From positions 1 through 24,243 of the IMG/VR virus record IMGVR_UViG_3300011423_000033: 24,243 nt of DNA; one strand, 5' to 3'. The DNA comes from a virus (taxonomy: Duplodnaviria; Caudoviricetes). Position numbers and translations under genes: made by a program. Positions 1-7,879 of this stretch are shown here, piece after piece; position 1 is the first letter of the stretch; each line of letters begins with the position of its first letter. The notes beneath the pieces were generated by a model. The model searched no databases, was not told the DNA's origin, and worked only from the letters and a program-made list of their open reading frames with translations.

Positions 1-2167
1 CGTCGAACTCATTACCTTCAGCAGCAGGTTGCATCGGTGCCATAGGACTGCTATACCGACTATCATACTCACTACCCGTAGCAGGCGGCATGATAGGTGC
101 AGTCATCTTAGGCGGTCCACTATCGAACTCGCTAGCTGTAGCAGCACCACGCATAGGACCGAGCGAACTAGTACGCGACTGCATACCGCTGCCTACTTGC
201 TTGTCAAGCGGCTGCGAACTGAAGTATGCATCACGTCTGCTAGGATTAGCTATCGCTTCTGATGGCTTCACACCAAACATCGCGGCTGTAATAGACGCCT
301 TCTGTGGCGTATCCTCCATAGGTGTAGGCACGAATGGCTCTGGCGCAGCGGCTTGCACTTGTGGTGCAGCAGCGGGAGGTGTAGTAGTAGTTGCAGGCGC
401 AGCAGCTACAGCCTTAGACGAAGCAGTAGTTTGATCACTCACGATAGGCGCAACACCGCGCTGATGATTGATAGCTACACGTCTAAACCACGGTGCTGTT
501 TGTGGTAATGACTCCTTCGACTTATCAGGCCCCCATGCAGCTATAGGCCCAGGTCGCCAATCAGCGTGCACACTAGCACCACCGTAGTTACCTATGCCAC
601 GCGCACCACGTTGACGTAGACGCTCCATCACGTCTGTCTTCTCAGCATCGCTCAGCTTACTCAAGTCCAAATCAATAGCAGTACCCATACCGGGCTGTGA
701 ATGCTGCGAACCGGGTCGATACAACCTATGCCCTTGTCCTCTATACCCAGAGATAACTTCGATCTTAGGATACAGCGCTTGCACTTCATTGACAGCACGC
801 ACAGCAGCAGGCACTACCTTCTCGATGTTAACATGACCCTGCACACGCGGCCAGCGTTGTGTGCCTTGTAGTGTAGTACTGCCTACGTCAGCAGGCGGCC
901 TCGGTGGCTGATCCTCAGTAGTACCATGTGCGTCAGGATCACCCATGATCTTCAAGCCAGCGGTGTGATAACCAGTGCCACGAGTTGATTGATCCTTAAT
1001 AGTATCAGCTATCGTAACATTCGGATCGAGCTTATTCAGCTTCAAGATAGCACCGCGATCACGCGGACTACCATCAGCGTTCTTGCTAATCATTACATCC
1101 CTAGCATACATATGACCACTGCCACGTAGCGCAGCAGTCACAACACGTATGCCATCACCCTCACCCCACTGATGTAGTGCTGTCCAATACGGCATCCATT
1201 CAGCAGTGTTACCTAGCTTCTGACCCATGTTGAGCTTGCTAAACTTATCAGCGTTATACCTCAAGTTCTCTGCTGTCTTTGGTATCATAACAGCAGGGTT
1301 CATTGCATCTTGATCGCTAATGCCATATCTATCGCGTAGTTGTTTAGTAAATTGGAACATGCCGTATGCTTTACTCGGATCATTTCCAAAGTATTTACCG
1401 CCACCATTCTCCATGCCATAGAGTGTAAGTAACGTCCCCTGCGGCAATCCGTTCTTCTTCTCCTCCGCAGCCATCATATCCAGCCACTCACGACGAATAG
1501 GCTGAAACTCTGCTAGCTGCACCTTCTTCGGCTGTGATGGCAATCGCTGCGTATCACGTGGCGCTGCTGTACTCGGTCGCACAGTGCCGACCTTACCGCG
1601 CTCGGGTCGCGGCTCTTGTGGCCCTGTTGTCACTGACTGTGCACTGAAATCAGTATGATCAGCACCCCATGCTTGTGGTGCTTGTGCATATGAATTAGCA
1701 GCTTCATCACTTAGCGACGAGAAGTTCCTGCTGCTGCTACCTTGTGGGGTGAAACCACGACTACCCGGCGCTTGATTGCCCAAGTTAGGCCCACCACCAC
1801 GGTATGCGGGAGGCACATTCGGCGGTGGAGCAGCTTGGGGCGCAGTAGTAGCAGGAGCAGGAGCAGCAGCAGGAGGCTGTTGGCGTGGATGCGCGTTAGC
1901 ACCACGTCCTAATGGGTTGTCTGGAAGTGCAGCAGTGTCGCCAGCTTTACGTTCACGATACAAGCGCTCACGTTCTGACAACATATCCCATTGATGTTGT
2001 CTATTCGTAGCGCTCTCACCACTACGAAACTCTTGTGCAGCTAGACGCTCATGGTAACGTGCAAGCAACTGCGCATACATACGCGCCATCGCTTCATTAC
2101 CTTGCGCCATCTGCCTAATGAATGCGCCTGTTTCATCGCGTATAGCGACAGGCATATACTTTGCCAT
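1..2167 (-). CDS. Large internal virion (ejection) protein with lytic transglycosylase (SLT-like) and peptidase M15 domains; 3' end runs off the window
   Basis: Hand translation from ATG at 2167 (MAKYMPVAIRDETGAFIRQMAQG...) stays open for about 722 codons to position 1, so it is absent from the ORF track. SLT motifs: LYGMENGG (Glu codon 1409-1411), AYGMFQF, ALHQWGEG. M15 motifs: ISGYR (SGYR 740-751), SQH...GTAID, GIGNY, VHADWR. Pro/Ala-rich linkers; follows two other ejection-type genes. Confidence 0.85.
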   Translation of the reverse strand, partial: MAKYMPVAIRDETGAFIRQMAQGNEAMARMYAQLLARYHERLAAQEFRSGESATNRQHQWDMLSERERLYRERKAGDTAALPDNPLGRGANAHPRQQPPAAAPAPATTAPQAAPPPNVPPAYRGGGPNLGNQAPGSRGFTPQGSSSRNFSSLSDEAANSYAQAPQAWGADHTDFSAQSVTTGPQEPRPERGKVGTVRPSTAAPRDTQRLPSQPKKVQLAEFQPIRREWLDMMAAEEKKNGLPQGTLLTLYGMENGGGKYFGNDPSKAYGMFQFTKQLRDRYGISDQDAMNPAVMIPKTAENLRYNADKFSKLNMGQKLGNTAEWMPYWTALHQWGEGDGIRVVTAALRGSGHMYARDVMISKNADGSPRDRGAILKLNKLDPNVTIADTIKDQSTRGTGYHTAGLKIMGDPDAHGTTEDQPPRPPADVGSTTLQGTQRWPRVQGHVNIEKVVPAAVRAVNEVQALYPKIEVISGYRGQGHRLYRPGSQHSQPGMGTAIDLDLSKLSDAEKTDVMERLRQRGARGIGNYGGASVHADWRPGPIAAWGPDKSKESLPQTAPWFRRVAINHQRGVAPIVSDQTTASSKAVAAAPATTTTPPAAAPQVQAAAPEPFVPTPMEDTPQKASITAAMFGVKPSEAIANPSRRDAYFSSQPLDKQVGSGMQSRTSSLGPMRGAATASEFDSGPPKMTAPIMPPATGSEYDSRYSSPMAPMQPAAEGNEFD

Positions 2168-2171
2168 TGTG

Positions 2172-3227
2172 CTACCCTAGGTTCTCACCGACTGTGTACA
2201 TATCACTGTAGCTACCACCACCGCTACCACCGAAGCCTTGTACACCGCTTTGCTGCTTGTTGCGATTGTCGTATGCGTTTTGTCCACCGAACTTGCTCAT
2301 AGCACTACTGATACTGCTACCTAATCCAGCTAGCGCATTGCCATAGCCAAGGTTAGGTTGCACGTAGTCAAACTCACCACCTTGCTTAGCGAACATCTTC
2401 GTGATGTCTTGTCCAGCTATCAGACTATTGCGAGCAGCTTCACTAGACTTATCACCAGCGAGCGGATCGGTTGGCTTATACTCAGCAGTAGCACCTTGAC
2501 CAGCACGTGTTGCGAACAAGTTATACAAGTTAGCGAGCGGCATACGTTGTTCGTTCTTCTCACGTGCACCCATACCGCGTGACATCAGCTTCGACTGCAA
2601 CGCTGCGTTAGCATACGCCTTATTAGTCTTATCCTGCATAGCACCAGCCGCTGCCGCTATGTTGCTACTACCGGCACCAGTGCGGAACAACTGCTGGAAT
2701 GCTGCACTACCCGCAGCACGTTCAGCATCTTGCAAGCCAGTCACTTGCGCACGATACAAGTCATTCTCATAGCCAGCATCACCGCGTGCTGGTGTTGCTT
2801 CTAAGTTAGCTAGCTTACGTCGATAAGTATCAGCTATCGCTTCCTCACCTAACCCACGCTTATAATTCCGCTCACGCACAGCGCGAGCCATCGGCAGGTC
2901 TTTAGTGAGTACGTTAAGCTGCTCAGCTTCTTGCAATTCAAACAGACGCTTCATCGTATCTGACGGCGTACTAACCCATCCCTGACCTGGGACGAACTTA
3001 GTACGCATACCACGTGCGTCAGTGTAACCTAGCTTCTGTTCCGCTTGCAGCTTCTTAGCCATCGCAATGGCTTCTTGCCGCTCACGTTCACGCATCGCCA
3101 TGTTGGCGTAGTTGAAGTCCATGTTGGCGCGTGTTGCATCACGCTGAGCATCAGCTTGCTCCATCGCGCCCATATAGCCGAGTACGCCACCAGCAATAGC
3201 GCCGATGCCGCCCATCATGTCCATCAT
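2172..3227 (-). CDS. Internal virion / DNA pilot (ejection) protein, 351 aa
   Basis: Gly-rich hydrophobic N-terminus (MMGGIGAIAGGVLGYMGA) followed by Ala/Gln-rich helical sequence, typical of podovirus ejection proteins; GGAG RBS upstream; lies downstream of the tail genes. Confidence 0.7.
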   Translation of the reverse strand: MMDMMGGIGAIAGGVLGYMGAMEQADAQRDATRANMDFNYANMAMRERERQEAIAMAKKLQAEQKLGYTDARGMRTKFVPGQGWVSTPSDTMKRLFELQEAEQLNVLTKDLPMARAVRERNYKRGLGEEAIADTYRRKLANLEATPARGDAGYENDLYRAQVTGLQDAERAAGSAAFQQLFRTGAGSSNIAAAAGAMQDKTNKAYANAALQSKLMSRGMGAREKNEQRMPLANLYNLFATRAGQGATAEYKPTDPLAGDKSSEAARNSLIAGQDITKMFAKQGGEFDYVQPNLGYGNALAGLGSSISSAMSKFGGQNAYDNRNKQQSGVQGFGGSGGGSYSDMYTVGENLG

Positions 3228-3257
3228 AACGATTACTCCGTATCTACTAGACGCTTA

Positions 3258-4376
3258 CTAGAAGATACCCTCATTCGCTTTGACGTTCTGATTAGTCTGC
3301 TGTGCTTCGTTAGCAAACGTATCGAGCAACGCACTAGAGCCAGTATCAGCACCCGGTGCAGTTGGCGTACCTACACGTGCGCGTGCCTTACCGAGTAGTC
3401 CTGTTGGATCGAAGAACTGCTTACCACCCACTGCGCCACGGATGTCACCTTCAAGCTGTGCACCGCGCTCGCCAGCGTAGTTACGAATACGCTGTGCTTC
3501 CTGCGTTGGGTCGTAAGTAGAGCCGAAGTCCCACGCTGCTGCACTATCGAGTGAGCCTTGACGACGCGTGTTAATATCACCCACGACATCTTCAAGCACA
3601 CCGCGACCGATACCTTGTAGCTCTGTGTTAGCCGTAGCTTTACCAGTCTCAAGGTCACGCAACGCACGCTCATAGACAGTTGACGTAGCCTGCCCACGGT
3701 CACGTGCTGACTGCAAGTCGGTCAACGCATCACCGTACTGCGTATCAAGTATCGACTGCAAGATAGCATCATCACGCGTCGAGCCGAACTCGTCCTCTGC
3801 ATAATAGGGATTGATCTGTCCGCTGAACGCAGTGGCGTACTTGTTACGCTGACCAGTACGTGCACTGCCGATTTCTTCCTCATACACATTCGGACTGAAT
3901 GCGCCACTATAATCAGCACCCTGTTGTAGCGCTTGGTTAGCAGTATCATACTTACCCATGATGTTGCTATACAACCCGTACTCGTCACCGGGCTGAATAC
4001 CGAGCGCGTTCAACCTATTACGTGCGCCAGACTGTGCGCCGCTGTAGGCTGCGTTCTTACTTGACAACCAAGCAGCATCTTGTGCTTGCTTATCAATCGC
4101 AGCCTTCGCGTCGATAGCCTCTTGACGTTTCTGCTCGCGTTCAAACTCTTTCTGCGCTTCCCAATCACGCGCCGCTGCCTGTTCTTGTGCAGTAGGCTGC
4201 GGTGGTGGCATATATCCGCCGCCACCTTTAGTATTAAGCACACGCTCTTGCTTACTTGTGCGTGGCTTCTTTACCGACGAGATAGATGTGGCAACAACCG
4301 CAGCCACACCTTCGTTGTTACTGTGACGCTGTTTGTCTTTCGCCAGCGCCCACTGTGCGATGTGTGGAGCGATCAT
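3258..4376 (-). CDS. Internal virion (ejection) protein, 372 aa
   Basis: AAGGA RBS before ATG 4376; KGGGG-x-x-PPP motif then a coiled-coil-like A/Q/E-rich region; follows the GNAT gene as in other podovirus ejection modules. Confidence 0.65.
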   Translation of the reverse strand: MIAPHIAQWALAKDKQRHSNNEGVAAVVATSISSVKKPRTSKQERVLNTKGGGGYMPPPQPTAQEQAAARDWEAQKEFEREQKRQEAIDAKAAIDKQAQDAAWLSSKNAAYSGAQSGARNRLNALGIQPGDEYGLYSNIMGKYDTANQALQQGADYSGAFSPNVYEEEIGSARTGQRNKYATAFSGQINPYYAEDEFGSTRDDAILQSILDTQYGDALTDLQSARDRGQATSTVYERALRDLETGKATANTELQGIGRGVLEDVVGDINTRRQGSLDSAAAWDFGSTYDPTQEAQRIRNYAGERGAQLEGDIRGAVGGKQFFDPTGLLGKARARVGTPTAPGADTGSSALLDTFANEAQQTNQNVKANEGIF

Positions 4377-4872
4377 TGTTAGTGTCCTTGTTAGAGTTGT
4401 AAGTAGGCACTTTCACAGCGATATAGCCTTGAGTTTTATAACCTAAGCGAGACATTAGCTGTAGTATACGCCGCACTAAGTTGTCATCATTATCATGTTC
4501 GACTTGCATGTAGATGCGCTCAACACGATGAAGCACAGCCCAACGCTCAAATTGTAAAAGTAATTCGATTGACGCTCTAGTTCCTCTAGCTCGCGGTACA
4601 ACGAACCACATCTCTTGTACAGCGTAATCCCGATTGCTATAAAAACTGTTACGAATAGTACCAGCAATGTAACCAACAGGCTTGCCATCGTCATCGTATG
4701 CCACCCAACAATTTAGATACTTGCGCGCTTTATCTTGGCAACACTGGAAGCAAGCACGACCAACAGCGTTACGATCAAACTCACGACTAGTGCCGAACTC
4801 GTCGTGATGCTGCTGCGCTAGGTCTTCAACGTCAACAGCATCACGCGGCGTTTGTATCTGTTCTACTTTCAT
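4318..4872 (-). CDS. GNAT-family acetyltransferase-like protein
   Basis: GNAT hallmarks: CWVAYDDDGKPVGYIAG, EMWFVVPRARGTRASIELL (motif A-like), RLGY. Start placed at MKVEQ (ATG 4872), just after the upstream stop. Confidence 0.8.
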   Translation of the reverse strand: MKVEQIQTPRDAVDVEDLAQQHHDEFGTSREFDRNAVGRACFQCCQDKARKYLNCWVAYDDDGKPVGYIAGTIRNSFYSNRDYAVQEMWFVVPRARGTRASIELLLQFERWAVLHRVERIYMQVEHDNDDNLVRRILQLMSRLGYKTQGYIAVKVPTYNSNKDTNNDRSTHRTVGAGERQTASQ

Positions 4873-4873
4873 A

Positions 4874-5068
4874 TCAATCCAAACATGCATCCGTTCTTAT
4901 CGTCGTATTCCTAACACGCCCACCGATGAACGTATCAGTGATACGCTTCTCCGTGTTGATCACGCCACCACGGCATCGCTTGACATCATCCTCTACCCAT
5001 CTGCCACCAGTAACGCGACACCCGCTGAATAGAAGTATACACAGTATACACACAACTACACGCATCAT
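4874..5068 (-). CDS. Small predicted lipoprotein, 64 aa
   Basis: 3' part of ORF 4874..5284: MMRVVVCILCILLFSG-C is a type II signal peptide with lipobox FSGC; ATGA overlap with the upstream stop; GAGG RBS. Confidence 0.65.
   Translation of the reverse strand: MMRVVVCILCILLFSGCRVTGGRWVEDDVKRCRGGVINTEKRITDTFIGGRVRNTTIRTDACLD
5035..5049. repeat. GTATAC-N3-GTATAC dyad, copy 1 (inside the lipoprotein gene)
   Basis: GTATAC ACA GTATAC read directly from the sequence. Confidence 0.9.
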
Positions 5069-5268
5069 AGCCTCACAGGTGATACTACTCCCAACAGGCT
5101 TGCAATGATCCACACGACGACAAGTACAACCACGACGGTGATCAACACGTTGATGATCAACCCAAGTGGATGCGGCAGTGGTACGAGTGGCAACAACTGT
5201 TGAACAGCCCACAGGATTACACCTAGGACGATCAACATCAAGATGACAGATATAATCGTTCCAATCAT
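5065..5268 (-). CDS. Small two-TM membrane protein (Thivi_2564-like; holin candidate)
   Basis: Two long hydrophobic segments separated by LLPLVPLPHP; AGGAG RBS and TGATG overlap with the upstream gene. Confidence 0.65.
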   Translation of the reverse strand: MIGTIISVILMLIVLGVILWAVQQLLPLVPLPHPLGLIINVLITVVVVLVVVWIIASLLGVVSPVRL

Positions 5269-5492
5269 CACTCTCTCCTGTCAAGTCGCTTTCGTATGCT
5301 ATCGCACGTTTCGACTACCGAGAAGAACCTGCCATCTGTAGTGTAGATGACACACTGTACTGCATCCGTTACTAACTTACCTTTCGTCGTAGTAGTACTA
5401 ACAATGTGCGCCGGGTTGACATGGATAGTACGTCCATCTAGCGTCGTTAGTACAAGATACTGCACCGTCGCAATGACGATAACCTCTATCAT
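5268..5492 (-). CDS. Small FlbD/SwrD-like protein, 74 aa
   Basis: Pattern [18 protein letters not shown]...[20 protein letters not shown] resembles FlbD-family proteins (TRLNG..F.LN...IE...T.I.L.NG....V.ES); ATGA overlap with the upstream gene. Confidence 0.55.
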   Translation of the reverse strand: MIEVIVIATVQYLVLTTLDGRTIHVNPAHIVSTTTTKGKLVTDAVQCVIYTTDGRFFSVVETCDSIRKRLDRRE

Positions 5493-5869
5493 GGCGGCGG
5501 CGGATCAGGTGGTTGTCCAGCGTTAGCTTGTGCTTGTAACATGTTCACAAACGCATCCATCGTGATCTTCATCTGCGCGAGTAGTGCGTTGAAGTTAGTA
5601 GCGTTGAACTGCTGTGGTATAGAGTGTATGATAGTAGATGCTGCAACAGCGGTCACAAGCGATGCTGCTATACCTGCGTCGATACGCGTGTTAGCATCCG
5701 GCTGCGGTGTGAATGGTGGTACTACTACAGCAGGATCAGGCACATTACCTGGCACTAGCAACCATGCTTCATACTCCATGCGATCCGTGTTGAGTGGATC
5801 ATTCGGAATGTACGCATCGTCATATGTGCGTATGACTGCATCTGTGCTTGTGAGTTGATAAGCAGCCAT
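5489..5869 (-). CDS. Tail fibre-associated protein / putative assembly chaperone, 126 aa
   Basis: [24 protein letters not shown] is a motif common in small genes directly after phage fibre genes; start MAAYQL (ATG 5869) has a GAGG RBS. Confidence 0.6.
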   Translation of the reverse strand: MAAYQLTSTDAVIRTYDDAYIPNDPLNTDRMEYEAWLLVPGNVPDPAVVVPPFTPQPDANTRIDAGIAASLVTAVAASTIIHSIPQQFNATNFNALLAQMKITMDAFVNMLQAQANAGQPPDPPPP

Positions 5870-5873
5870 TACA

Positions 5874-7142
5874 CTACATCCTCGAACTAGCGATATGATT
5901 GAAAGTGTACATACAGTTCCCCGCAACGCCCGCTGTCATAAAAAGATCATTATGTGTAGGCATTGGATTATCTTGTGTTGATGCTATGTTAGTCTCTCCT
6001 GCGGACTGACGTACTATTGCTGGTGTTGTTCTCATTGTGACAGGAAAAGCAATCCGATAAGTACCTCCATAGCCACCAGTACCAGGAGCTGAAAAGACGA
6101 AGTAAACTTGCATTCTGTGCCAATATCGCAGACACCTTCTCAACTCGTGTGCAAGATCAGGTATCTCCCACTTAGGAGGCACACCTACATTGTCTGCATC
6201 TAGATACAAGCCGACATCGAATAGCTCGAACGTGTTGTTAGTAGCAGCCATACCGTTGCTGTTAGTTGCTGTAGTTGTAACATTGCCTGCTTGCCATCCG
6301 AGCACACCATGAGAGTTCGTTCCAGCACCAAAGCTGATACTAATTATCATGGAACGCGCTTCATTGACATTCCACGTACCTATCGTATCACCGGGAATGA
6401 CAATAACTTGTTCTGTATCTGTATTAGCTTGACCTGCTGTGATCGTGAAGTTTGCTAGATAACTGCGATCTGGTGTGGTGTTTCGTATAGCAAGCGTATA
6501 AGTACCAGCAGGCCCTCTAAAGCCAAAGCGTATTATGACTTGTTTAGCTTGTGCTGTGCCCCACATGAAGTCCGCAGTAATGTTTCCTTCCATATGCTGT
6601 GATATATTTATATAGTCTCCTGCTGTTAGCGTTGTCTTTGCTGCTGCTACTACAAATCGAAGTCTATCTATTGAACCCTTTGGTGTGCGCGATTGCACGC
6701 GTTGTGTTGATACCGTACCGGGACTTGTAGAGGATAGAGCAATCCACTGATCTGCGGGATAGTATGCAAGTGTTGCAGTAGGTCCACTAAGTGTATTCCC
6801 CCACTCCTGACTAATCTGCATCGCACCGTTGACTATACGATTGCGTAGTCTGCTCTCCTTCGTTGCGAAGTTGCTAGTATCAACAGCAGGCACAGAGCTA
6901 GTAGCTACCCACTGCGTAGTGCTCACATCCTTGTAGTTGATAAACAACACACCGCTATCAGTGTCCCACCATAGTGCGTTAACTGGCGCACCTACTGGCG
7001 CACTATCTTGTGCATAGAACGCAGGCGGCGCTAACACTGTAGTCCACACAGTGCCGTTCCATGTGTACTGCGGAACACCAGCTACGGCAGGATTAGGCCA
7101 CAGTGTACCTATCGTGGGTGAAGGAGGGAAGTTGATGCCCAT
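5874..7142 (-). CDS. Tail fibre / receptor-binding protein 3, 422 aa
   Basis: N-terminal FPPSP..GTL....AVAG.PQY.WNGT.W module, [11 protein letters not shown] module, then an [12 protein letters not shown]...ELRRCLRYW...FPVTMRTTP body typical of phage fibre proteins. Start MGINF at 7142 (TAG-CT-ATG junction). Confidence 0.75.
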   Translation of the reverse strand: MGINFPPSPTIGTLWPNPAVAGVPQYTWNGTVWTTVLAPPAFYAQDSAPVGAPVNALWWDTDSGVLFINYKDVSTTQWVATSSVPAVDTSNFATKESRLRNRIVNGAMQISQEWGNTLSGPTATLAYYPADQWIALSSTSPGTVSTQRVQSRTPKGSIDRLRFVVAAAKTTLTAGDYINISQHMEGNITADFMWGTAQAKQVIIRFGFRGPAGTYTLAIRNTTPDRSYLANFTITAGQANTDTEQVIVIPGDTIGTWNVNEARSMIISISFGAGTNSHGVLGWQAGNVTTTATNSNGMAATNNTFELFDVGLYLDADNVGVPPKWEIPDLAHELRRCLRYWHRMQVYFVFSAPGTGGYGGTYRIAFPVTMRTTPAIVRQSAGETNIASTQDNPMPTHNDLFMTAGVAGNCMYTFNHIASSRM

Positions 7143-7144
7143 AG

Positions 7145-7879
7145 CTACAGCCACTCCAAACTGATGTAACTACCATTAGCCCAGATACCGCCAGATGTAG
7201 CCAGCATTCGTAAAGCTAGTATACTAAGTCCTGAAGCCGGCGTGATGAAGTTGAAGTATTGACCGCTAGCTCCACCGCCTGCGTTGATCACTCCGCTATT
7301 AAATCTGCTTGTGAATTGGTAGCCAACCGCAGGCCGCGTTAGTGCGACTGTACCATCAGCCATAGCAGGAATTGTTGGATGTTCGCAGCTTGTGCAGAAC
7401 AGCATACCAGCCAACGAGTTTGTGGCGTGGTTTGCTGAGATTACGTTTGTTGATGATGCGTGTGTAAGTCCGTATAGGAGGTATGATCCAGGGCTACTTA
7501 GAAATACACCGGGAGCTACGCTTATCTGTAATAGCGAAAGAGAAACCGCAGCACTACTCGGTATTAAAACTACGCTCATTCGTAGGAGTACAGCACCGGC
7601 AGGCACTGTGAAATCAACTGTTTGTATGCCTCCTAGTGAAATGCGCTGTCTCTGTGCATCTATATACTGCTTCGGTACAGCATGTAGTGCTTGCGTAGGA
7701 TTGCCTGCTAGTGATAAGTCACCTGTCATAGCATCGCCGCTCTTACGCACATAACCAGCAGGATCAAATATAGCTGCTGTCCATTCTGTGCCGTTCCACC
7801 GATATTGCGGCGTACCTGCTACAGCAACAGCAGGATACAACGTGCCAACAGCAGGCGATGGAGGGAAGTCGAAAGCCAT
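7145..7879 (-). CDS. Tail fibre / receptor-binding protein 2, 244 aa
   Basis: N-terminal FPPSP module; YVRKSGDAMTGDLSL...PTQALHAVPKQYID fibre shaft motif; C-terminal domain paralogous to that of the upstream fibre. Start MAFDF at 7879 (TGATG overlap). Confidence 0.75.
   Translation of the reverse strand: MAFDFPPSPAVGTLYPAVAVAGTPQYRWNGTEWTAAIFDPAGYVRKSGDAMTGDLSLAGNPTQALHAVPKQYIDAQRQRISLGGIQTVDFTVPAGAVLLRMSVVLIPSSAAVSLSLLQISVAPGVFLSSPGSYLLYGLTHASSTNVISANHATNSLAGMLFCTSCEHPTIPAMADGTVALTRPAVGYQFTSRFNSGVINAGGGASGQYFNFITPASGLSILALRMLATSGGIWANGSYISLEWL

Noticed and set aside
51-68. CTATAC-CGA-CTATCA as a sixth, degenerate dyad near the extrapolated position
   Set aside because: Too many mismatches compared with five exact copies.
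5069-5284. 5' half of ORF 4874..5284 as a 136-aa protein
   Set aside because: It overlaps the membrane-protein gene in another frame; the true start is better placed at 5068 (RBS, ATGA overlap, signal peptide).
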